This document shows positions 48,221 to 60,660 of a stretch of 64,000 nucleotides of DNA, piece by piece. Below the pieces are notes generated by a model. The model saw nothing but the letters and a program-made list of their open reading frames with translations. It was not told where the DNA came from and did no database searches. Positions within the stretch are counted from its first letter, which is position 1. Every line of letters begins with the position of its first letter. Both the position numbers and the translations under genes were made by a program. Location of the stretch: the NCBI RefSeq assembly GCF_000143415.4, contig NW_003314345.1, positions 638,574-702,573 on the forward strand, in the 5' to 3' direction. The stretch is from Selaginella moellendorffii (taxonomy: Eukaryota > Plantae > Lycopodiophyta).

Positions 48221-51200
48221 ATGCCACCAAGGGTGAGTTTCGATTTGATTGCTTCCACTTCCATTTTTTTCTTCTTGCTTTTTTCTTGATTGCTTCTTTA
48301 GGGCCGGCCACCTCGGGTAGTTTTTCTGGACAAGGGGCCAAGGTTATTTGAATAACCTCGGCCCCTCGGGTGGCCAAACTGCCCGAGGTCGAGCTCGGGC
48401 CAGCCACCTCGGGCAGTTTTGTTGGCTAAGGGGCCGAGGTTATTTGAATAACCTCGGCCCCTTGGTTGGCCAAACTGGCCGAGGTCGAGCTCGGGCCGGC
48501 CACCTTGGGCAGTTTTGCTAGCTGAGGGGCCGAGGTTATTTGAATAACCTCAGCCCCTCGGGTGGCCAAACTGCCTGAGGTTGAGCTCGGGCCGGCCACG
48601 AGGTGGAGTCTAGGCCCACTTGATTTTTTTTTTCTCTTTGACTGTTTGAATTTCTCATTATCTTTATTTAGTTTGACTAACAAAATTTTTTCTCTTGCAG
48701 AAAAGGAAAATTGCAACACATAAAAAGGTTGTTAGAGCCAAGAAGACACGAGAAGTTCAATTCAACACTGATGATGACATCACGATCGATATGTCCATTG
48801 GCACAATAGAGACACATTTAGTTAAAGATTCACCGCCTCCACCACCATCACCTCCGCCATCACCACCTCCACCACCGCCATCGCCACCTCCACCACCTCC
48901 ATCACCACCTCCACCACCGCCAGCGCCACTGCCACCACCACTGCCACTATTGCCTCTGCCCCCACCGCCACCGCCACCACCACCAACGCAAATCCCTGAA
49001 GTTGGGCAATCTAGTGGTGTTCACGATAGGGAACCTGAGGAAGAGCCTGGAGCTGAAAGAGTTGCAAACCTTCCTGACAACGTGGTGGACAAGCGCTTCC
49101 AAGAGACTGTTATGCAGACAAGGGAAAAAGCAGTTCACCAAACACTTGAGGCGCTCAAGTGGCCAAGCCCTTATGACTTGATAAGAAAAAACCCCCTTTG
49201 CCGTTTGCAACAGACAAACCTTGTCCGCACAGCATCCAAGTATGTCAACCTGGATATATACAGCTTGTTCAAATAGAATGGCCTTGCAACAAATATTGGT
49301 ATGTTTCTAGTCTCTTTTTGCAAGCCAAGAACAACGGAGGTCATTACTGTCACACCCGAGATTGTGAATAGCTGGGATCCTATTTGGAGGAGGAAGTCCC
49401 TAGAATTTGATGACATGCTTATTAGACATCCTGAGACTCGACAGCTTGCGGGGACAATGTTCCAAATTATTGATGGTAACCATCGATATAGGGCTTGGAT
49501 GAAGTGTATCGACGATCATTTTCGCGATGATCCCGTTTATCATATCAACATTCCAGTTGGCCATGTCTACGTGAGGGGACATTTGGATGTCAACAGACTT
49601 ATCTTGGCTTGCCAAAAGATCAATGCGTAAGTTTTATAGTTTTACCTCTAACTCCACTTTAACTTGTTTTGTTGTGTTTAAATGTAGGCTTGGGCAATTC
49701 GCTGTTCAAAAACAAAACCTTGTCCATAACATCGAGCAACTTCGATTTTTGGCAGACTTGAGTGAGGATGACATCCGCCAATATTATGGTGATGATCTCG
49801 CAACACTTGTTCAGCACTCACACACTCGAAATGACGGTACAACTTGGTTCAACAACCCAATCAGTTTTATGCTCGCTGTGTGGTGTAAGGTATGTCTTTC
49901 CCTTTTATTTTATAAGGGCCTCTTTTAATTGTTTTGGTTTTTAGCCTTTGGTGAAGGTCAAGTAAGATGCTTACGAACTTGCATATCTGGAGAAGAGTCG
50001 AAAAGAGATCTCAGCTAAGTTTGTACAAATTGAGCACAAAATTCAGCATGCGAAAGTCCTCAAAGTTGAAGAAACTAGGATGCATTGCAAACAATCGCAG
50101 GCTGAAGGAGTGGCTAGAGACTATAGTTGAAATTTCTTCTCATGAATGTAAGTTTCTTATCACACTTCATTTTTCTTAATTATGCATATGTTACTTTTGC
50201 AGTGAACAAAACTCCAGATGACATGATTTACAATATTGCAAAATTGAAGCTTCCATATCAGCAACAGATAAAGACTCTGGAGTTCCTCAATGTCTGCTTG
50301 ATGAAAAGAGAGAAAGGATTGCCAGAACTATTTGAAAACATGATGAGAAGGGCTGTCTACATCACGCAAACTATAAGTGAAGGTGAGAAGTTCTTGGCAC
50401 TACACATTAGTGACAATTTAGATGGCACATTCATGTCTTTCGACACCTACATCAACACGTCATTGGAAGGGATCGAAGAGGGGTGGCTGCCAGAGAAGTC
50501 TATAAGCACAACAACTTATGATTGCTAATATGGTCAACCTTATTTCATGTGACGTGCAGCTTACAAGTATAATATGATTTCTAAAACTGTTTTTTAATAT
50601 ATATTGTTTGCAGGTATCTTCGATATAGAGGCATGCCATTTGAGGCACTAGTTTGCACTCGACTTGTTGCAAAGGGTATAAGGGATGGAGAAATGTACCC
50701 AACAATATTTTCGAGAGTTCCGAAGGCACGGAAAATAGAATGCCTTTGGGAGTTGGAGCTCCTAGGGAAGGGGACTTCTACATTAGATCGCAAGGAAGTT
50801 ATCAATGCTAGCAACAATGGCAATGCAAGTGACGATGGAGATGAGGATGAGGAAGCTCCAGATCAAGTTCGTGTTCCACCACTAGACAACCAGGAACAGG
50901 CTCCAATTCAACCATCAAACAACCAAGATCTGGATTAGGTTCTACTAGTAAATAATGATGATCAAGTGGTTCACAGAATATCACATCGACCTCGAGGTAA
51001 GCAAAAGTGAATTTTACAAACTAAAGGTGGTAATACATGTTTTTTGCAGCAATGACTGTTGGTAGTAATTTCATTCCAGCTCGATGAGATGCTAATGAAG
51101 AGGAGTTGGAGGAACTCTCATCGACAACTCGCCATATGACGGTAGCATACTATTTATTGCTTTTTTCATTCACTTAGCTCTTTTATAGGTCTGTTCTGTA

Positions 51201-52256
51201 TCCCCAATAACACGAGGCATTGTAGGTATTTTCATTGGCTCTTACAATAGATTGTTGACATTTTTCACAGAAGACGACATCAACATGGATATACGGTGCT
51301 AGTTCAACTATTGGTGCTGAAAGATACAAAGGCCCTTGCTCCCAGTTGTGGACTTCATTCTCTTTGACTTTCCAGATGGTCTTTCAGATATCGATGGGAA
51401 AGTTGAGGATTGGAACTTTCTCACACTTGACCACTTGTGCGATGCATTCCTATTGTCCGAAGCACTTATGCTCGAAGTTGGCCATGTCGTCTTCATCTTA
51501 CCGAATGACCCCAACTAGATGTATGAGCTTATGACGTGCGCAGCAAAAGTTCATTTTAAGTCATTCTCTTCTGAGTGCATCATGGATCCTATTGGCGTCG
51601 ATACGAGGGGTGTCCAAGGGAAGCCTGAAAAGGTGAGTATGTATTTTATATTTTTATCTAATTTCTAAACATTTTTATTTTCCAGGTTATGATGTGGACC
51701 TATCATGCCTTCTGCAGAAACACACATGATGGGTTTCGTGATAGCGAACGTGCAGCACATGTTTTGCCTGGGTACGACAGTTCCACTAATATCATACCCA
51801 ACCTTGTGGATAAGTAGATTTTCAACACGTTTCCTAGGTACCGATTCTGAACTCCATCAGCAATGCAAGTCTTGCTTGAGCTCTATTGCCCACCAAATGG
51901 TGTTGTGATTGATTACACAACAGGTAGCGGTTCTATGGTAGAGGTAGCACATGACTTTGGTAGGTCGGTGTTTGCTATTGAAGAACATCATTTCTTCAAA
52001 CGCCGGCTTAGAGGATTTCGTGAGTTGCCCCCAACCTCAAGGAGGTAAATTATGTTTATTAAAATTTCAATATATGTTTCATTTTATTTTATAGATCACA
52101 GTCACCTGGAGTTTCTAGAATTGGAGGCTTTAGAAGTCTCTCTGACTATGCAGAAGCCATGGCTCAACATATGCAAGGTGAATCTTCCCCACAATACCAA
52201 TATAGGAGGAAGTATAGAAGAAATCATTATGTTGATGATGAGGTAGAAGAAAGTTA
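48221..52256 (+). pseudogene. Intron-containing gene: Pro-rich N-terminus, ParB/Srx-like domain, beta-class N6A/N4C DNA-methyltransferase-like domain
   Basis: ATG at 48221 (MPPR), intron 48233-48700, then KRKIATH. ParB-like FQIIDGNHRYRAW; motif IV-like VDFILFDFPDG; intron 51633-51685; motif X/I TPSAMQVLLELYCPPNGVVIDYTTGSGSMVEVAHDFGRSVFAIE. Several nonsense changes and at least one frameshift; 3' end approximate. Confidence 0.75.
48301..48600. repeat. Three tandem 96-bp units, each a long hairpin, in intron 1 of the ParB-MTase gene
   Basis: Units start at 48301, 48397 and 48493; core GGGGCCGAGGTTATT-TG-AATAACCTCGGCCCC with outer arms CCTCGGGCAGTTT/AAACTGCCCGAGG. Confidence 0.9.
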
Positions 52257-52567
52257 ATTGCATCCTTACATAAAATGGAAAGCTGTTATATGTTAGATGT
52301 CAGTGAAAGTGTCAGATGTCAGTAAAATTGTCAGATGTTAGTGTCAATGTCAGATATCATAATTGCAAATTATCATTCTCACCTATCACCATCACTTTGT
52401 AGCTCTTGTGTGTTGCCATCTCCTCCTTCAACATTTTGTATACAATTGTATGTGATATGATAGAACCTCTTCTAGAACAAGGTATGTTACCTATAACTAA
52501 TATCATTTTATTATATTTTTTCTTTTAATAGTGACAATACTATAGTATAGTAAAGTAATTCTAGATC

Positions 52568-53149
52568 TTACATTCCACTGTAAGGTGGCCTAAAAACCCC
52601 ATATTTTGCACTAGCCAATGCAGTGTTTCCCAAGGGGATGTTGTTCCTCACCATGAAGCGATAGTGGGTATGTGTCCGTAACTCATTCTTGAATCTATTG
52701 TGCATCCACACATGCATATTTTTCAGACCCGCCGTTGGGCAATTCTTACAGTGTTCAAGAAAAGTTTGTAAACCCATAGAGCCATTTGTCTTGTCCAAGA
52801 AAAAGTAGCATATTGGACACCGAATGTAATAGCGTTCTGTGCTTTCAAGTAGTCCTGCCATGTCAGGAGCAAGATCTTGCAAAAACATGTGGCATTGTTC
52901 TTGAAGTGCTGGAGGCAATCCCTCTCTAGCAGTAAGATTCGGAATTTCACATATAAGGAGCCCTAGTTCAACTTCACTAGAGCCCTCAGGAGAAAAAAGA
53001 TTGTTATGTGGAGGTGAAGATGGAATGTTAGTAGAACTTGGGGATGGAGGTGGAGATTGATATGAAATGCTGGGGGGCCAAGTATGAGTAGCAATGACTC
53101 TCTTTTGAGCAATTTCAATACAAACTTCTAAGGAGCTCAAGGAGAACAA
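52568..53149 (-). CDS. Unknown protein with Zn-finger-like motif; possible upstream exon at 61076-61264 beyond the LTR insertion
   Basis: Open frame with CPICY...NG..GLQTFLEHCKNC, preceded by an acceptor-like site. Confidence 0.4.
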   Translation of the reverse strand: MFSLSSLEVCIEIAQKRVIATHTWPPSISYQSPPPSPSSTNIPSSPPHNNLFSPEGSSEVELGLLICEIPNLTAREGLPPALQEQCHMFLQDLAPDMAGLLESTERYYIRCPICYFFLDKTNGSMGLQTFLEHCKNCPTAGLKNMHVWMHNRFKNELRTHTHYRFMVRNNIPLGNTALASAKYGVFRPPYSGM

Positions 53150-53375
53150 AAAACCTACAATGACTATAACTTTTCTAGATAGTTTATATACTAAGTTTTA
53201 GTCTTGGGAATGAGGTTTATTTATTATGACAGTAACAATACTCAGATTCTTTAAATGTCAGTCTTGGAAATAGGGCTTCATAATCATAGCTTTCTTGTAA
53301 ACATAAGAGCTTCTAGAATTTTAGATTATCATGTATACACATGCTCTATCATTATGATGAATCCTACTTTGTTAC

Positions 53376-56300
53376 TGTAGCGCACGTGGTTTTTACCCTT
53401 TATCCTATGGTGATTTACCATAGGATAACACCACGAAGTGGAACCTAAACCCTCTTAGTGCCACGTGACAAATGCCACGTGTCACATGCCATGTGTCCAT
53501 GCCACGTGTCCATAGGAACCCGAGGTTTAGGGCCTTGGGCCACTGAACGAAGGAACGGTGCCAAACTCCCAAGCATGGAGCCAAGGAGTGACGGAACCGA
53601 ACCACGGAGCAACTCCCGAGCATAAAGCCCAAGGAGCGAAGGGACAGGGGCCCGGAGTGACTTGGAATAGTCCTAGAGTAACCAGCATCCCAATGCCAGG
53701 ACCAGCACGCAAAACGGAGCCAAACGGAGTCTGGCGCTATTTCGGCATACCGGTGGCCTAACGCGAGGACATGGGTACTCCACCAACTAGCATGGAATGG
53801 AGCTTGGGCTTAGACCCAAGCCGGACGCAGAACAAGGACAGGCACGCAAGCGGGAGCTAGACTATGCCTCAGGTTGGTCAGCCATGCCCAACCTACCCAC
53901 TATCCCTACTATACATTTGGAACCCCCCATAGCCCCCCCCCCCTTGAGGAACACACGCTTTGGGCTTTCACCCCAAGCCTACCCTTAGTACCAGGAGTTA
54001 GTCTCTGGGACAAGCTCGAAACTTACTAAATATGGAATGGTGCTAGAATGCGAATTTGGACACGGGACGAACACCATTGTGTTCAGGCTGATCTCTACAT
54101 TCCGTAGATATGCCAAATGAGCAAATCTGGACACTTTCCATAAATAGCATTTGGGACCGAATTGAGACTAACGCTAAGGGCATGATAGCGAGGGTGTTTG
54201 GCAGACACGGTAAACTATTATGTAACGATATTGAGGGACCAATCTCAATACACGAGGGTTCTTGTCAAGCCAGTGCAAGACAGAGCAAAAGAGAACTAAG
54301 AGCTAGGCCGAGTATGCTCAGCTAGAAACACATAGGAGTTCCTACCTTATGTCCATCTGGCTAAGTACAGGTGCTAAGCCTAGTAAACTAACACTTGAAC
54401 AAGAGGGGCTGCTAAAGGGAACCAGCAATACCGACCTCCTGCCATCGTGGCAGTAAGGTAAGAGTGTCCGTAAGGACTAGCCGACAGGTAACTTTCGATA
54501 CCTAAAGTCACATTCGCGACACTCTCCCCCCCTTGGGAAGATCGACGTCCTCGTCGATGCACACTCGAGTCTAGAATACTGCCAAGGAAACAACTCCAGA
54601 AAAAGTTCACGGTACTCACACTATGTGAGAAATGCACCAACTTAAATGAGTTAAGGAGCAACCTCTTTGTCTAACGCGGATGTGCTACCAGCTCAGACAC
54701 CTTCCGGCCGTCGCCGACAAGGAAATGACCAACGGAGTTAGCCACCCTTGCTGCTCTGGGAGTCACCCAGCTTACAAAAGTGTGATATGCCCTGCCCGCA
54801 GGAACATAGAGAGAGAAGCCAGAGGCCCTAACCCTCCTAAGCAAAGAAACCAAACCCGTCGGTAAGGTTTAGATAGACTACTGTAAACAGGCAGTTAGAG
54901 TTGTTTACACGGTCACGCCCTTTTAACGGAATAAGGAACATCGACAGAGAGGCGGGTTATGTGACCAGTCGACAGTAGCTACCCCATGACTAAAGATTTC
55001 ACCATGCACACGAAGTGCCGAAGCCAGTCTGCCCATTACTGGCCCAAACTCAAAGATCAAGAGATGGACAATATCAAAGTCAGAAACAATGATATCTTAG
55101 AGTCTTAATTATCAGTGAATATATCTTAGATTAGAACACAGAAGTATTTCAAGCAAGGTATCATCTGATAAACTAGGATTATAGGATAGGAACCACCAAG
55201 ATCATCATAATTGGTAAACATAGGAGTCACCATCCAACAAAATTCAATAGTTATTGTATCATCAAGAAAACTCAATGATAAAACTTAACTATCAAAGATT
55301 GCAGACAGAATACCAAACAACTTACCAAAGACAACTCAAAGAACACAAAGTATCATTGATTAGCAAGCATGATGCTCGCGAATGTATCACCCGAAGGAAA
55401 TAACATCTGAATCTATCAAAGTGAACTGAAGCAATAATCAACACAATAAAATGAATGTTGCATGGTCAACAAACACGCATTCATGCCAACTATCACACAA
55501 GCCAATCCGAATAGATCCCAGTCAACAATACCAAGGAACCAGAGTTGCTCAAGTAAGTGTCAGCAACATCCTATTGATATCTCAAACCAAAGAAACCAAT
55601 CCAAAGCAAACCACAAAGAACATGTGGTAATGCAAAAAGGCATAAGCCATCAAAGGGAATAACTAACCATCATGAAAGATCATCAATCATCCCACCAATA
55701 AAGAGATGCATAATCATCGTTGAAGAAAGAATCTACCATCCCGAAGAACAGAAAATCATTCTTGATCAACAATAATCAAGCAAAACTTTTTGTGATAAGG
55801 ATAATCAACTATCCTAAATGATAGTCAATCATCACCAATGATTGCTAGATGCAAAAACCAACTTCAACATTGAAGCTAACAAGCCAAAATGCTTTCCCCA
55901 ACAACTCCTAACAAATGGAACAATGAGCATGAAAACTCAAGGAACCAAAAGTTTGAAGAAGCCTATAGCCAAGTCTTGCCTAACAATGATCACAAGTCTC
56001 GCATGAACTAACTTCAATGCTAAAGAAGAAATCATGGTACAACCCACAATATTCTCCTCAACACATCCATAAGCTAAACTTCATAATGCCAAAGCTAATG
56101 AAGAGCATATCTGCATCAATCCAAAAGCTAATCATAACGAAGCTATGCTCGACAGGTGATCATCTAATCGATCCTCCATGAATCCATCTATAGCAAGACG
56201 TAACTCCCTTTACAACAAGCTCAAGAAGAATCATCAATGATCGACATATCCCAACTCAAATCCAATAAGGATTCAATCACTTCAATATCGATCACTAACT

Positions 56301-59300
56301 CTTCCACTTGCAGAGTTAGCATAATCCACGACTGAGTCACTTTTCAAGGAAAAGCCAAAGCTCATCCTCTACTAAACAATCTCATCTAGAACACAACTAA
56401 CCCAACTTGCCACTCAGTTCATTTGAACGTCAATACAGTTGCTAACTAGCAAATGCACGAATGCTAATAACACAAAACTACAACCAAATCATCAACACTA
56501 TCTCTATTGAGACTAATGAAACTCAATATCAATCCTAAGGATAGACATCTCATCTCACTTGAATCCCAACATCAATAGTATCAATGACAAGGCATCACTT
56601 CAATGCCATCAACACCATAACAAAGCTAGAAGAAAGCACGAGTGAATCACCACTCAAAACTCTCTAGCAACTAAGCTAACCAAAGTCGAAGATACTTTAC
56701 TTAGTATCCGAGACTAATTCTTCAACAACACTCAGTTATAGATAACACTTCCTCAAGGAGTGAATCACCACATCCAAGACTCCATGAAATCCAACACTAT
56801 GAACTAAACGCAACCAAATGATATCAACAGAGGTATAGTCATTATGTCAACATGGAAAACCCATGCAAGTCTAACAACGCAATCCTCCGCAACACCATCC
56901 GGTAAAGCAAGCCCACCACTGCTAAATGTTCAACGAGTGAAGCAAGTGTCAAAAGTCTTTGACGAAGTCTACAAGTAATCACTAGTTGCAAAACAACGAA
57001 CAATCACTCTTCAACTTGCCTTCACAAGACCCAAACACTAAACACTTGCCATCGAGTCATATACTTATCCAACATAAACGTAATACCCCAAATATGAGAT
57101 AAAGGTTCATGGATAAGCACAAACTAAATGACCACTCAAATCCAACTCAACCGCAATAAACTCACTAATGCATTTAGGCAATAGCTCTGAGCATCCCTTG
57201 AAGAGGCTAGCTATGCATAATCAACCCTAAGTCGAAACTTAAGTGAAGACCATGAGATGGACTCATGTTGGTACACAACCTCCACTTAGACAAAGCTATA
57301 GTATGGGTACTAACATCTCAAACTCAAACAACTAGGTTGGACATCACCATCCTCAGCCAAGGTGTAGGGCCACCAAGACCAAGTCAAGATTAGTGAGAGC
57401 TCACTACTCTCATAGAGTCTTAGCGAAATGCAAGGTGCAACCTGCCACCAAGCAAAACACTATAAAAGAAAGGCACAAGGGTCACCCTTCTTAGAAAAGC
57501 GCAACGGCCACTTTTCTACACCAACTCCAGACTCTATCCAACTCAATTGCCTTAGCCCCAAAAGTCAGCATCCCTTTCGGGTCGCATCATACAAACCACT
57601 TACTAAGGTCTAAGCTAACAAAGATCAACTCCAACCCCTTCACTAGTTTGTATTGGCTTTCGAAAATGGAATGGTTTTCGGGCAAAGTGATCAACAGATC
57701 AGCCATTAGAGAAGTCTAAGAAAATTTGTGGAAACATTTTCCATCCTAGAGAAAGAATGACTCTCAGTCTAGAAATGCAAACTTTCAAGACTCAACCAAC
57801 TTCCTCCTACTGACAACTTCACATAGGTTCACCTCAACACAAATTCTTAAGACCCATAGTATGCTAAGCATCGAACATCTTTGCCCATTTTTCCAACATC
57901 CAACACCGACATCCGCAAAATGCAAAGTGAACATCCAAGGTTTGATCACGAAGACCACATCTCTAGATATCCACATTGCAATAACACTTTTCTTCAACCA
58001 CATTCAAGATCCAATGTGAAGCCAAAACACTAACAAGAAAAATGACATGAAAATTCAAGGTCTAAGGAAAATTCCTCATCACTCGAAACAACAATGCCAC
58101 TTCCACTAACACAAGTGTTAGCGATGTCAATGCCTCAACAACACACTTTCTCCATCCAACAATCTACTCCAAGTGCTAACGGATCAACCGACAAGTTATA
58201 GCAAGAGAATGCTATAACCTTTTCCAACACTTTATGGGCAAACCCTCAAGGAACAAGGAACCAACTTAAGCTTAGCATAATGGACTACCATCGAGAATCT
58301 AGTCAAAGCTACTACAATGCTACTACGTGCAAGTAGACTAGCTTCACCATCAACCACTTTGGGGTTGATCATCGTTTAACCAAGCAACTTCGTAAACACA
58401 TTGCTCATTATCACATGGATATGATATAAGTATCACAATGACTTGATCATCAATCGAGCAATACCAAGAGCAACACCAATGTCATTACTTCAAAGGTTTA
58501 TGTGAGCATCAAGTGCCAACTCAATTCGACAAAATGCAGCATAAATGCCACACTCCACTGATAGAGTTTTATAACACCCAACACCACTAACTTTTTGTTC
58601 ATAACATGAAAAAGCTCATGACACTCTCTTTCCGACCAAACTCAACACTAATCCAATACCAAGCTACTCAAGGAGCAATAGCATTAAGCATTGTAACCCA
58701 AATCTTCCAATAGCGAGCCTAGACAAAATGGTATAGCACTTCACCGCTATCCATCCCACAACTCACCATTGTAAGACCATCATCTCCAACATGCATCAAG
58801 ATAGGGATTCTTGATTGCATAACGTGAACACGAGCAATGAGTCACACCTCGTTGCAAATCATCTTTCTTAAGAAGAGAAAATGATTTACGTGTTTGATCC
58901 TTCGTCCCTGATGACTCTCTTTTCGGTCTCATCTTTTTGACCAAACCTCAAGCTTGCGTTTGCACTGCTTTCAGTTCAATCCAAGAAAAGTTTATGAGAG
59001 AGCACGGCAATGATTACTTGAACCAATAGACTAATCCCTATAGTCTTAATTGATCCACTCATAATCATGCCTAGGAAGGATCCACTAGTGCCGTGCTAAA
59101 CAGCTACGGACTAGCCTATTTGCCACTCCTAACAAACCCAGGGAAAGTTTACTTTAACTCACGGTACATAGAACACTCATGGAACCATTGGAACAACTCA
59201 TGGAACTACCGATAAGCTAACATTAATCCTGCCAACTCAAAGTGTAACCTCGAGTTGCTAATGTGCCTCACTCACAAGCCCAAGCTCAAACTCGTATGAA

Positions 59301-60660
59301 CGGAACATCTCAAATCCATCCTATGAGCCCAAGAGCAAGCTCACATCACAAGGTACAACAAGGTAACAATATCCATACCTAAGGAACGATTGCGAAGCCT
59401 TTGCACCCAAACGTGTACCCACTCGGATCATCGTTTTCATCTCTGCGTATGCAACAAGACTAGTTGCCCAATCTCATTGGATAGTACTCGCCGAGACTCA
59501 CTCTCTGATACCAAATGTAGCGCACGTGGTTTTTACCCTTTATCCTATGGTGATTTACCATAGGATAACACCACGAAGCGGAACCTAAACCCTCTTAGTG
59601 CCACGTGACAAATGCCATGTGTCACATGCCACGTGTCCATGCCACGTGTCCATAGGAACCCGAGGTTCAGGGCCTTGGGCCACTAAACGAAGGAACGGTG
59701 CCAAACTCCCAAGCATGGAGCCAAGGAGTGACGGAACCGAACCACGGAGCAACTCCCGAGCATAAAGCCCAAGGAGCGAAGGGACAGGGGCCCGGAGTGA
59801 CTTGGAATAGTCCTAGAGTAACCAGCATCCCAATGCCAGGACCAGCACGCAAAACGGAGCCAAACGGAGTCTGGCGCTATTTCGGCATACCGGTGGCCTA
59901 ACGCGAGGACATGGGTACTCCACCAACTAGCATGGAATGGAGCTTGGGCTTAGACCCAAGCCAGACGCAGAACAAGGACAGGCACGCAAGCGGGAGCTAG
60001 ACTATGCCTCAGGTTGGTCAGCCATGCCCGACCTACCCACTATCCCTACTATACATTTGGAACCCCCCATAGCCCCCCCCCCTTGAGGAACACACGCTTT
60101 GGGCTTTCACCCCAAGCCTACCCTTAGTACCAGGAGTTAGTCTCTGGGACAAGCTCGAAACTTACTAAATATGGAATGGCGCTAGAATGCGAATTTGGAC
60201 ACGGGACGAACACCATTGTGTTCAGGCTGATCTCTACATTCCGTAGATATGCCAAATGAGCAAATCTGGACACTTTCCATAAATAGCATTTGGGACCGAA
60301 TTGAGACTAACGCTAAGGGCATGATAGCGAGGGTGTTTGGCAGACACGGTAAGCTATCATGTAACGATATTGAGGGACCAATCTCAATACGTGAGGGTTC
60401 TTGTCAAGCCAGTGCAAGACAGAGCAAAAGAGAACTAAGAGCCAGGCCGAGTATGCTCAGCTAGAAACACATAGGAGTTCCTACCTTATGTCCATCTGGC
60501 TAAGTACAGGTGCTAAGCCCAGTAAACTAACACTTGAACAAGAGGGGCTGCTAAAGGGAACCAGCAATACCGACCTCCTGCCATCGTGGCAGTAAGGTAA
60601 GAGTGTCCGTAAGGACTAGCCGACAGGTAACTTTCGATACCTGAAGTCACATTCGCGACA
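53376..60660 (-). mobile_element. Complete non-autonomous LTR retroelement (LARD-like, family A); LTRs 53376-54521 and 59516-60660
   Basis: TG...CA LTRs of ~1145 bp differing by about 15 transitions (manual count); TSD GTTAC; Met PBS at ~59501-59515; PPT at 54522-54533; 5-kb interior with no long ORF. Confidence 0.95.

Noticed and set aside
48301-48600. CRISPR-like array
   Set aside because: Whole units repeat with no unique spacers, there are no cas genes, and it lies in a eukaryotic intron.
48830-48990. Formin or extensin host gene
   Set aside because: The poly-proline tract is only a low-complexity linker upstream of the ParB-like domain; no FH2 domain or SPPPP-Y repeats.
48221-52256. 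Bacterial or phage contamination as the source of the ParB-MTase
   Set aside because: The gene has GT-AG introns, shows the same C>T decay as its neighbours and is nested among plant retroelements.
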